The position numbers and the translations under genes were made by a program. Shown here in pieces: positions 15,405-23,550 of a DNA stretch of 24,069 nt (position 1 is the stretch's first letter; each line of letters starts with the position of its first letter). The notes under the pieces are model-generated. The model had not been told where the DNA came from and searched no databases. It saw only the letters and a program-made list of their open reading frames with translations. This DNA comes from a virus: positions 67,302 to 91,370 of the IMG/VR virus record IMGVR_UViG_3300028585_000003; one strand, given 5' to 3'.

Positions 15405-17039
15405 ATGAGCGGAACTAACCCGAAGTACACGCCGCAGGATGCAAACGACCTGGAAAAGTTCGTCGGCAAAGCTGCACAAAACGAAGACCGTCCGGGCCAG
15501 CTGTTCGACTCGGCCGCCGCCAGCCAAAGCGCTTTCTCGGCGATCAGCAACGAATCGGGCGGCGCGCCAAGCATCGTGACCGAGCTGCTGGGCAATGTCG
15601 AAAGCGCGCAGGAAAAGGAGATCATCCAGGCCATCTTCGACGGCGCGCAGGAATACAACCGCCAGCACGGCTTCATGCCGCGCGGCGACGTGCTGCTGTC
15701 GGCCATGCACCAAGCCATGGGCATCTTCGACTCGGTGAACAACAGCCACCACAACGCCATTTCGGTGTTCCCGAACGCGCCTATCGTCGCCATCATGGGC
15801 GCGATGGCCGAAGCAACCCCGTTCGCCGGCTACCTGCCTGCCGACCGTGGCTCGAACGAAGCGCGCCTCATCATCGTCAACCACACCGCTGGCTCGGACT
15901 GGGGCGACTACAAGGCCGACGATATCATGGACGGCGTGGCCGCTGGTGGCGACTACATCGGCTCGTCGCGCACCAAAGAGCTGGGCGCACCAAACGACAA
16001 CGCGAACTACAAGTTCAACTTCACCGCGACCAAGAGCGGTGGCGCCGCCCTGAACCTGCTGCGCGGCCGCACCCTGGTCTACGTTAACGGCCTGCCTGCG
16101 ATCCAGGAAACCGCCAACGGTTCGAGCGGCGCGCAAACCGTCCCGATCAGCGGCTTCATCACCCTGGGCGGCAGCGAGTTCAACCTGTCGGGTTCCGTCA
16201 AGCCCGGCAGCGGCGAAGTCATCGTCACCTCGAACCCGGCGCTGCCTGCTGGCACCCTGGTTTCGGCCGAAGTGTTCGTGGACTACGAAAAAGACGCATC
16301 GGTAACGCCGCGCATGGCCGTTGCGGCGCGCAGCTACTCGCTGTTCGCCAATCCGTTCCGCACGGTCTACCAGATCACCCCGGAAGCGCGTTCGCAGTTC
16401 GCCAACGAAGTCGGCGTCGATGCCGGTGCCGAAGCGATGCTGGCGGTGCGCGGCCAGTACGCCCTGGAGCGCCATTACAACGCGATCAACAAGGCCAAGA
16501 TGATCGGCAAGTTCGGCAACCACGTACCGTTCGACTTCGGCTACGCGGACCAGATCCTGCAGAAGACCATCCCGCAAATCTGGCAGAACTTCCAGTCGGT
16601 CCTGGGCGCTGTCTCGCAGCAGATGGCCGAAGACACCGCCGACCATGGCGTGACGCACCTGTACGTGACCAAATCGGTGCTGGCGATGTTCCAATCGCTG
16701 CCGCGCGAGCTGTGGGAGCCGTCGGGCATCGTCGCCCGTCCTGGCATCTTCCGCGCCGGTCGCCTGTTCGGCATGTACGACGTGTACTACACCCCGCGCG
16801 GCCTGAACGAATCGGCCGGTGGCGAAACCGCCGAAATCCTGTGCGTCGGCCGCAGCTCGCAGACCGCCCGCTGCCCGATCATCTTCGGCGACGCGAGCGC
16901 CCCGGAATTCAAGCCCCTGGGCATCGGCACCGACCAGCTGGAAGGCTACGCCTTCAACGCGCGTTCGTTCACCACGGCGAACCCGCACCTGATGTCGGCC
17001 AAGGGCTGCGCGCTCATCACCGTGTCGAACCTGAAGTAA
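15405..17039 (+). CDS. Major capsid protein, P1 gp23-like
   Basis: HGFMPRGDVLLSAMHQ, HTAGSDWGDYKADD, LLRGRTLVYVNG and AGRLFGMYDVYYTP resemble recalled P1 gp23; strongly biased codons; upstream of the sheath as in P1. Confidence 0.85.
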   Translation: MSGTNPKYTPQDANDLEKFVGKAAQNEDRPGQLFDSAAASQSAFSAISNESGGAPSIVTELLGNVESAQEKEIIQAIFDGAQEYNRQHGFMPRGDVLLSAMHQAMGIFDSVNNSHHNAISVFPNAPIVAIMGAMAEATPFAGYLPADRGSNEARLIIVNHTAGSDWGDYKADDIMDGVAAGGDYIGSSRTKELGAPNDNANYKFNFTATKSGGAALNLLRGRTLVYVNGLPAIQETANGSSGAQTVPISGFITLGGSEFNLSGSVKPGSGEVIVTSNPALPAGTLVSAEVFVDYEKDASVTPRMAVAARSYSLFANPFRTVYQITPEARSQFANEVGVDAGAEAMLAVRGQYALERHYNAINKAKMIGKFGNHVPFDFGYADQILQKTIPQIWQNFQSVLGAVSQQMAEDTADHGVTHLYVTKSVLAMFQSLPRELWEPSGIVARPGIFRAGRLFGMYDVYYTPRGLNESAGGETAEILCVGRSSQTARCPIIFGDASAPEFKPLGIGTDQLEGYAFNARSFTTANPHLMSAKGCALITVSNLK

Positions 17040-17072
17040 CTCGACCCCGATAACGTAACAAGGACGGCAACA

Positions 17073-17411
17073 ATGGCTACTCGCAAGAAAGCCGCTGTTG
17101 CCGGTTCCGTCCAGGGACCGGCAGTAGCCGACCCCGCGCAGATCGCGGCGTCGCAAAACGAAAACACGGTGCTGGAGGAAGTGATTCCCCAGCCCTTCCC
17201 GCGCGAAATCATCGTCGCCAACGATACGCCCATGCCCTACATCATCGCCGCCACCAGCATTGGCGCTGGCGCGAAAGTGCCTGTCCTGGTGCGCAACGAC
17301 GACGAAATCGAGCGTATCAAGACCGACTGCGGACACCTGATGAGCCTGACCCCGGCATACGCCGAGCTGGAAGAACAACCGCTGCGCGTCATCGACGCTG
17401 CGGCTGAATAA
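17073..17411 (+). CDS. Hypothetical virion-associated protein (112 aa)
   Basis: AAGGA RBS; lies between capsid and sheath; low-complexity N-terminus with a small beta-rich domain. Confidence 0.7.
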   Translation: MATRKKAAVAGSVQGPAVADPAQIAASQNENTVLEEVIPQPFPREIIVANDTPMPYIIAATSIGAGAKVPVLVRNDDEIERIKTDCGHLMSLTPAYAELEEQPLRVIDAAAE

Positions 17412-17421
17412 GGACTCCTGT

Positions 17422-19056
17422 ATGTCTTTCTATGCCCATACCCGTCAACTGCAAGCGCAGCCGGGCGTGCAGCTCAATCCGCTGCGCGACAATACGGACG
17501 GCTTCTCGCCTGCGCCGACCGATCAGGCGTTCGCCGTTGTCGGCCGCTTCAAGCGTGGCCGCATCGACGCTCCGTTTCGCGTCAACAAAGGCAACCTGAA
17601 AGCGAAGCTGGGCGCTGCTGAATCGCTGCGCATTTCGGCCCTGAACGAAGCCTACGTGCAAACGAGCGAAGCGCTCGAAGGCGGCGCGTTCGAGGCCATC
17701 GTGATGCGCCTGACCACCCCGGCCGCCAAGAATGCCTATCTGACCTTCAAAGTCGGTTTGGGCGGCACCGCTTCGAGCTTCACCAGCTCGGAAGCTGCGC
17801 CGGTCGCGCCGTACCTGTTCTACCTGCAAATGCTGGACTGCTTCAACGACGGCTACCGCTTTGAAGTCACGGCAGAAAAGACCATGGCCGCCGACGGCGT
17901 ATCGCCGACCGCCGCGAAAGTCATCACCCTGACCATTCGCGAGCCGAACAGCAACCTGCTGTACGAATTCACCGGCTCGCTGGACCCGTATGCGGTCGAT
18001 GAGCACGGCCAGGACTACTTCATCGGCAGCGTCATCGAAGCGCAAACTGATCTGGTCAAGATCGTGGTCGCGGCCGATTCCAACATCCCGCCGACCGCCG
18101 ACTGCTACGGCCGCAACAGCGACGGCTCGCCCAAGGTCGCATCGAGCGGTGCAAGCCCCATGGTGCTGTTCACCGAAGGCGGCACCGGCTATGCGGTATC
18201 GGACTACGACGCAGCCCTGGCGAAGCTGGAAGGCGGCTCGCTCGACTTCGGCTACATGATTAGCGGCGGCTCGCAAGCTGTTGCCCTGCTGTCGAAAATG
18301 GCCGCCCTGGCTGTGCGCTCGAACCGCCAATTCTGCTTCGACGTGCCGGGCACCCTGAACCCGGCTGCGGCGGCGCTGTTCATGGCCCAGTTGAACCTGG
18401 ATACGCACTACTGCCAAGCCTACTGGGCACCGCTGCAAACCGATGATCCGGTCAACGGCGGCAAGGCATTTATCGGCACCGCTGGCTATAACGTCGGCCT
18501 GCGCTGCGGTCGCAATGCGCAGACCAACGCCTACGGCCTCGCGCCGAAAAACTTCCCGGTCGCGGGCAAGGAATGGCCGCTGGCGCGCACTGGCGTGAAG
18601 CAGACCTACAACCCGTCGGACCCGGAGCTTTCGGACCTCGCGAACGCGAAGATCAACCCGGTCATCTTCATCCGCTACAACGACGGCGGCAAGTTCGTGT
18701 ATTCGGACTCGATCACCTGCGCCAAGGTCAACGTGTCGGCGCGCAAGCTGCTGTCCGTGTCCGAAATGTCCTCGACCATTGACGATATGGTGGCGAAGTA
18801 TGGCAAGGAAACGCTGCAACTGCCGATGGAAACCGCGATCAAGAAATCCAGCGAGTTCCTGAAATCGCTGTTCGATGGTTGCCGCGCATCGGACTGGTTC
18901 GTGGCGTCGAGCGAGAAGGAGCTGGGCGAAAAAGGCTACACCTTCTCGGTCAAGCGCAATGCGCAGCGTCCGAACGACCGTATGGACATTACTTACGGTT
19001 GCCACTACGACGGCGTGGTGCGTGCAATCCACATCACCCAAACCCTGTCGAAATAA
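17422..19056 (+). CDS. Contractile tail sheath protein, P1 gp22-like
   Basis: AVVGRFKRGRIDAPFRV, LANAKINPV and YDGVVRAI are typical of P1-type sheaths; AAGGA RBS. Confidence 0.85.
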   Translation: MSFYAHTRQLQAQPGVQLNPLRDNTDGFSPAPTDQAFAVVGRFKRGRIDAPFRVNKGNLKAKLGAAESLRISALNEAYVQTSEALEGGAFEAIVMRLTTPAAKNAYLTFKVGLGGTASSFTSSEAAPVAPYLFYLQMLDCFNDGYRFEVTAEKTMAADGVSPTAAKVITLTIREPNSNLLYEFTGSLDPYAVDEHGQDYFIGSVIEAQTDLVKIVVAADSNIPPTADCYGRNSDGSPKVASSGASPMVLFTEGGTGYAVSDYDAALAKLEGGSLDFGYMISGGSQAVALLSKMAALAVRSNRQFCFDVPGTLNPAAAALFMAQLNLDTHYCQAYWAPLQTDDPVNGGKAFIGTAGYNVGLRCGRNAQTNAYGLAPKNFPVAGKEWPLARTGVKQTYNPSDPELSDLANAKINPVIFIRYNDGGKFVYSDSITCAKVNVSARKLLSVSEMSSTIDDMVAKYGKETLQLPMETAIKKSSEFLKSLFDGCRASDWFVASSEKELGEKGYTFSVKRNAQRPNDRMDITYGCHYDGVVRAIHITQTLSK

Positions 19057-19074
19057 TAGAAGGAGCAAAAAATA

Positions 19075-19809
19075 ATGAGCGTGAGTAATCACCCGATGGC
19101 CGATAAGCTGCGCCCGCTGATGAAACGCAAGCCGGTCGAGCCTGCTGCAAAGCCGGTCAAGGTCGCCGCCGCCGCGCCCGTCGCTGTCTTCGACAGCGTG
19201 GGCGACGATGCCCCGACTGGCGCTGCCGCCTACGCCCAGGCTGATATGCGCCTGAAAGCGGTCGCCGCGATCCACCAGTGGGCCGAGACTATCGCCGACG
19301 ATCTGGCCGAAGGCGAAACCCTGGCCGACCGCCTGATGGCGTTGGTCGTGGGCATTGCCGACTCCGACAAGGACGGCGAAATCGACGACGACGAAGCGGA
19401 GCTGTGCGACCTGGTGCTGAACTCGATCTGGGACTACCTGGAAGCCAAGGGCGTGTCCGAAGAAGATTGCGACGCCCTGCTGAACACCTGGGACGCTGGC
19501 GCTGCTGAGCGTGTCATGGACCTGATCGTGTCGGCCCTGCCGAGCGGCGACGATGCGGTGGCCGACGAGCTGGACGCCTTTGCGTTCGATGACGAGTCGG
19601 ACAGCGCCGTGTTCGATGCGGTCTACAAGAAAAAGATCGCGGTTCGCCATGGCAAGAAGGTCCGCATCAACAAGCGCGTGTCCGGCAATGTTCGCCTGTC
19701 GGCCAAGCAGAAAATCTCGATCCGCAAAATGCTGCGCAAGTCGCATAACGCGGTCGCGACGATGCGCCGCGCCAAGTCGGTGCGCGTGCGCAAAAAGGCC
19801 GGTCTGTAA
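19075..19809 (+). CDS. P1 gp21-like protein (acidic body, very basic C-terminus; probable prohead core/scaffold)
   Basis: C-terminal KKKIAVRHGKKVRINKR...LSAKQK...RAKSVRVRKKAGL resembles recalled P1 gp21; capsid-sheath-gp21-pmgG order as in P1. Confidence 0.75.
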   Translation: MSVSNHPMADKLRPLMKRKPVEPAAKPVKVAAAAPVAVFDSVGDDAPTGAAAYAQADMRLKAVAAIHQWAETIADDLAEGETLADRLMALVVGIADSDKDGEIDDDEAELCDLVLNSIWDYLEAKGVSEEDCDALLNTWDAGAAERVMDLIVSALPSGDDAVADELDAFAFDDESDSAVFDAVYKKKIAVRHGKKVRINKRVSGNVRLSAKQKISIRKMLRKSHNAVATMRRAKSVRVRKKAGL

Positions 19810-19828
19810 CGTCTAGCAGCGCCACAAG

Positions 19829-19853
19829 AGAGCCGGGTTCGCCCGGCTCTTTT
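19829..19853 (+). terminator. Rho-independent terminator with UUCG loop
   Basis: AGAGCCGGG-TTCG-CCCGGCTCT-TTT. Confidence 0.85.
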
Positions 19854-19858
19854 GCATT

Positions 19859-19900
19859 GGAAAACGGCGGGATGGCGGCGATTTTTGCGCGCCCATACTG
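19859..19900 (+). promoter_or_regulatory. Putative late promoter 4 (pmgG to lysis operon): GGAAAAC-N28-CATACT-G
   Basis: Directly after a terminator; the predicted +1 coincides with ATG 19906. Confidence 0.7.
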
Positions 19901-19905
19901 CCCGC

Positions 19906-20739
19906 ATGGCTACCAGTGAATCCAACTCCAACGTCCGCAAGCCCGACATCCTGACTTCGTACTGGGATGGCTTGTCACCGCACCTGATCGCGAAGTTCTA
20001 CCCGCTCAAGAAAGTCTCGGGCGGGTCCGGCTGGGAGCAGAGCGTCGAAAAGAACCGGGTCGTTTCGGCCGCCGACAGTTTCACTGTTGATGACGGGTTC
20101 GAGGTTCATGCGCCCATCACCGACGGCACCAGTGAAATGACGCTCAACTGGAACAGCCCGTTCGAGAATGCGGGCACCGAGTCCATCGCGGGCACCTTGA
20201 CGGCCATGCTGCAATCCGGTGCCGCCGCATCCATGGTGCAAACGGTGGCAAAAGCCCTGGGCGTCGATACCAAGGGAAATTCTGTTGTCGCCATGCTGGA
20301 GAAGGCGACCGGCCGCACCGGCATCACCAAACTCAATTCGACCCAGGTTTTCGGCGGCATGCCGCCGCTCAAGCTGACCCTTACGCTGCACTTTCGCGCC
20401 CTGCTTGATCCGATCACCGAGGTTCGCATGCCCATCGTCCAGCTACAGCAATGGGCGGCACCGCAAATGCTTTCGGCCGACGGCACCATCGCGGCCGGGA
20501 TCGCAGGCGCGGGGGAAAAAGACTTTATCGAAACGGCGTTCCCGTCCATTTCTCCCCAGGTCATCGGCATGAAGTATGGCGACCGGACTTATGAGCCGAT
20601 GGTTATTGAAAGCATTTCCGAGCCCTTCACCGGCCTGCGCTCCGAAAAGGGCGTGCTGGTGCAGCAGAGCATCCAGATCACCCTTTGCACCCTTAACGCA
20701 CTCGACCGCCGAGATATCGCCCGAATCTACCCACAATGA
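19906..20739 (+). CDS. pmgG: Baseplate/tube-initiator protein, P1 PmgG-like (277 aa)
   Basis: DGLSPHL, WNSPFE and NSTQVFGGMPP...DPITEV match recalled P1 PmgG (DGVSPYL, WEAPF, NSLMVWEGGTPP, NPFIEV); start placed at ATG 19906. Confidence 0.7.
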   Translation: MATSESNSNVRKPDILTSYWDGLSPHLIAKFYPLKKVSGGSGWEQSVEKNRVVSAADSFTVDDGFEVHAPITDGTSEMTLNWNSPFENAGTESIAGTLTAMLQSGAAASMVQTVAKALGVDTKGNSVVAMLEKATGRTGITKLNSTQVFGGMPPLKLTLTLHFRALLDPITEVRMPIVQLQQWAAPQMLSADGTIAAGIAGAGEKDFIETAFPSISPQVIGMKYGDRTYEPMVIESISEPFTGLRSEKGVLVQQSIQITLCTLNALDRRDIARIYPQ

Positions 20740-21566
20740 TTACTTTCTCAGAACTGCGCACCCGTCGCCTGGACGTTAAATTCCAGGAGCTGTCCATCGG
20801 CGACGAAATCGCCCTGTGTCACCTGCCCGAGCTGGCGCACGAAAAATCCCTCACCGCCTTCCTGGAGCGCGCCGTGGAGGTTGCCAACGCGCCGACGGAG
20901 CGCCACGTCACCAGCCCGCGCGCCTGGAGCGTGGGCGAGCGCCTGCTGGCGCTGGCGCACTACTGCATCCACACCCGCGAGGACGGCCCGGATTACGCCG
21001 TCACGGACGCTTCGCGCCTGTCGGACTACCTGACCATGGAAAGCGACGCAAGCGCGGCCCCTGCGGCGTTTGAGGCGTGCGGCGACCGCTGGGTTCTACG
21101 CCCGCTCATCGGCGCGGCCGTGGAAGTGCTGGAATCGCTGCAAGGGCAAATCGAAATGGGGCCGGGATTCGGGGCACCAGAGTCGGCTGTAAAAGCCCTG
21201 ACGGAATACCCCAGGCTGATCGGCCGGGAATTCTGGATCATCGGCGCGATGGCCGCGCAACTGCTGCGCGAGGGCGAGGCCATTCCTGATCCGGTGGCCG
21301 AGTTTGCCGAATACGGCGAATGGCTGCAACGTCGCATCATCACCATGGCCGCCCTGCCCGGATCGGGTTTCGATGTGCTGTTCGCGTACTACGCCCAGGC
21401 CATGCAAACCGGCCAGTTCTTCCGCATCTGGTTCGATGAACAGGGCGTAATCGTGCTGCCAAAGGAGGCCGGGGCAGCAGTGCCACCGGCCCGATTTCCT
21501 GTTTATTCCTGCATCGGAACAATCGCGCTCTCTCTTACAGGAAAAGCACAGCGAAGTGCTGGCTAG
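20736..21566 (+). CDS. pmgB: Tail assembly chaperone-like protein, P1 PmgB-like
   Basis: SPRAWSVGERLLAL and WVLRPLIGAAVEVLE resemble recalled P1 PmgB (DPLTWTAQDRITAL, WRIVPLDGWAMEMLE); ATGA coupling. Confidence 0.65.
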   Translation: MITFSELRTRRLDVKFQELSIGDEIALCHLPELAHEKSLTAFLERAVEVANAPTERHVTSPRAWSVGERLLALAHYCIHTREDGPDYAVTDASRLSDYLTMESDASAAPAAFEACGDRWVLRPLIGAAVEVLESLQGQIEMGPGFGAPESAVKALTEYPRLIGREFWIIGAMAAQLLREGEAIPDPVAEFAEYGEWLQRRIITMAALPGSGFDVLFAYYAQAMQTGQFFRIWFDEQGVIVLPKEAGAAVPPARFPVYSCIGTIALSLTGKAQRSAG

Positions 21567-21768
21567 TTTGTTTCTAAACTTCGGTATTGACTACGGGAAA
21601 GCGCAACAAATGCGCAGCTCCGATGTTCGCTCGATCTTCCAGAGCAAGGCGTTTGGCGACTGGAAGAAGAACGTTGAAGCGGAGCACAAGGTGGATATAG
21701 CCGTAGTCGAACGGCTCGACGCTCTCATCAAGAGCATCGGGAATTTAATGAAAGCAATGTCGCGATAG
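21556..21768 (+). CDS. Small ORF overlapping the pmgB end; possible frameshifted chaperone extension
   Basis: Frame open from 21451 to 21768; GTG start at 21556 with a weak, distant RBS; fills the gap before the holin. Confidence 0.6.
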   Translation: MLASLFLNFGIDYGKAQQMRSSDVRSIFQSKAFGDWKKNVEAEHKVDIAVVERLDALIKSIGNLMKAMSR

Positions 21769-21789
21769 CGCGGCATTTTGGAGAAACAA

Positions 21790-22137
21790 ATGGCAGAACC
21801 AGTAGCAGCGCTCGCGGCGATTTGTTCGTCGCTGGCAAAAGCCGCGATCAGCTACCTGCCCGGCGCGGCCGGTGCGGCTGTGTCGCTGAAATTCCTGGGC
21901 GGGGAACTGTCCCGCTCGCAAAAGCTGATCTCGTTCGCGGCAGGGTTCGCGTGCGCGATCTACGTCGCCCCGGCGCTGATCGAATTCTTCGGCATCCAGG
22001 GCGCGCGGGTGCATTCCGGCATCGAATTCCTGACCGGCCTGTTCTCGATGGCGATTGCCCGCGAGCTGTTCGCCGAAATCAACGAAGCGGACCTGATCGG
22101 CGCATTCAAGCGCCGCTACCTCGGGGGTGGCAAATAA
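21790..22137 (+). CDS. Holin-like membrane protein (115 aa)
   Basis: GGAG RBS and ATG 21790; about three hydrophobic segments and a basic C-terminus; first gene of the lysis cassette. Confidence 0.75.
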   Translation: MAEPVAALAAICSSLAKAAISYLPGAAGAAVSLKFLGGELSRSQKLISFAAGFACAIYVAPALIEFFGIQGARVHSGIEFLTGLFSMAIARELFAEINEADLIGAFKRRYLGGGK

Positions 22138-22292
22138 TGGACACCAACCTGATCGTCAACAAGGCCGTGCCCGCGATCATGCTGGTGGCCTGCCTGTGGG
22201 CAGTGCTCAATCCGCGCCTGAAAACGCGCACGCTGGGCACCCTGGCACTGTCCTTGATCGCCCTGCGCGCAGTGAGTGTCCTGTGCAGCTGA
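22137..22292 (+). CDS. Second small membrane protein (51 aa; holin partner or antiholin candidate)
   Basis: TAATG coupling; MDTNLIVNKAVPAIMLVACLWAVLNPRLKTRTLGTLALSLIALRAVSVLCS has two hydrophobic helices. Confidence 0.65.
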   Translation: MDTNLIVNKAVPAIMLVACLWAVLNPRLKTRTLGTLALSLIALRAVSVLCS

Positions 22293-22924
22293 TCCGCCTC
22301 GACCAGATCACCGCCATCATGCCCGGCGCGCAGGCGGTGGCGGCCGCCTTCCTCGCGCCGCTCGAAAACGCCATGTTCGAGTTCGGCATCGTCAGCGAGC
22401 TGCGCGTCGAACACTTCCTGGCGCAGATCGCGCACGAGTCCGGCCAGCTCCGAAAGATGCAGGAAGGGCTGAGCTACAGCGCCCAAGGGCTGCGCAAGAC
22501 GTGGCCGGGCCGCTTCCCTACCGACGCCATCGCCGCCGCCTACGCGCACCGCCCGGAGGCCATCGCCAACAAGGTCTACGCCAACCGCATGGGCAACGGT
22601 CCCGAGGATACCGGCGACGGCTGGCGCTACCGTGGCGCGGGCCTCATTGGCCTCACCGGGAAGCTAAACCAGCAGCGCTGCGCCCGCCACTTCGGTATCG
22701 ACCCGCTCACCGTGGGCGAATGGCTGCGCACGCCAGAAGGCGCGTGCCGCGCGGCCGCATGGTTCTGGCACACGGCCGGGTGCAATGCGCTGGCCGACGC
22801 CGACGACCTGGACGGCGTTTCCGACGCCATCAACATCGGCCACCAGACCGCCGCCGAGGGCGATGCCATCGGCTACGACGACCGGCTGGCCTTCCTTAAC
22901 GTCGCACGAAAGATCATCGAATGA
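22283..22924 (+). CDS. Glycoside hydrolase family 19 (chitinase-like) endolysin
   Basis: HFLAQIAHESG, IANKVYANRMGNG, GDGWRYRGAGLIGLTGK and AAWFW; GTG 22283 is the likely start. Confidence 0.9.
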   Translation: MQLIRLDQITAIMPGAQAVAAAFLAPLENAMFEFGIVSELRVEHFLAQIAHESGQLRKMQEGLSYSAQGLRKTWPGRFPTDAIAAAYAHRPEAIANKVYANRMGNGPEDTGDGWRYRGAGLIGLTGKLNQQRCARHFGIDPLTVGEWLRTPEGACRAAAWFWHTAGCNALADADDLDGVSDAINIGHQTAAEGDAIGYDDRLAFLNVARKIIE

Positions 22925-23550
22925 AAGAGCTGAAATTTGCCCTGTCGCTGCTGTCGCCGCGCATGTGGGGCGTGCTGCTGGTGCTGGCCGCCCTGGTGCT
23001 GGCCGTGGGCGCTGGCGCTGGCGGCTATGTCGGCTACCGCGTCGCCCAGGCCAAGGGCGAGGTGCGCGTGTCCCAGGCCAAGGAGGATCTTGCCAAGGTC
23101 CGGGGCGAGCTGGCCGCCGAGCAGCACGACCGCACGCGCGAGCGCCTGACGCACGAAAAGCAGCTCGCCGAGGCGCTGTCCGAGGTGACGCAAACCGAAA
23201 AACGGTGGGCCGACAAGCTGCGCACCGTCGAACAACTCTACGAGGAACACAACAATGTTGCGAAAAAACAAATTGATTCTCTGCGCGCTGATGTGCTTAC
23301 CGGCGCTGTCCGGCTGTCTGTCGCTGTCAGAGCCGCCAGCGCAGCCGGTCATTGTGCCGCAGGCGCAGATTCCACCACTGCCAGCGGCCCTGGCGAAGAA
23401 GCGCGAGCCGAACTTGTGCCGCAGGTTGCTTACGACCTTATCGGCATCGCAGCCGACGGCGATGACGCGGTGCGCGCCTTCAACGCCTGCCACGACGCCT
23501 ACGAAGCCATAAGGCTGGGCCAGTCTCAAGCACAGGAGCAACAGCCATGA
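22921..23550 (+). CDS. Rz: Rz-like inner-membrane spanin
   Basis: N-terminal TM helix, long coiled coil, LRADVLTGAVRLSV and ADGDDAVRAFNAC typical of i-spanins; follows the endolysin. Confidence 0.85.
   Translation: MKELKFALSLLSPRMWGVLLVLAALVLAVGAGAGGYVGYRVAQAKGEVRVSQAKEDLAKVRGELAAEQHDRTRERLTHEKQLAEALSEVTQTEKRWADKLRTVEQLYEEHNNVAKKQIDSLRADVLTGAVRLSVAVRAASAAGHCAAGADSTTASGPGEEARAELVPQVAYDLIGIAADGDDAVRAFNACHDAYEAIRLGQSQAQEQQP
23255..23512 (+). CDS. Rz1: Rz1-like outer-membrane lipoprotein spanin embedded in Rz
   Basis: Signal peptide with lipobox LSG|C and a Pro-rich mature part, in the +1 frame inside Rz. Confidence 0.85.
   Translation: MLRKNKLILCALMCLPALSGCLSLSEPPAQPVIVPQAQIPPLPAALAKKREPNLCRRLLTTLSASQPTAMTRCAPSTPATTPTKP

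Noticed and set aside
14790-17378. 862-aa minus-strand ORF
   Set aside because: Antisense shadow of hdf and capsid genes caused by high-GC codon bias; no motifs, and it fully overlaps well-supported genes.
17389-19746. 785-aa minus-strand ORF
   Set aside because: Antisense shadow of the sheath and gp21-like genes; same reasoning.
12237-21566. Stand-alone contractile injection system (tailocin, eCIS or T6SS)
   Set aside because: Portal, major capsid, core and Dar proteins are interleaved with the tail genes, so this is a head-bearing phage.
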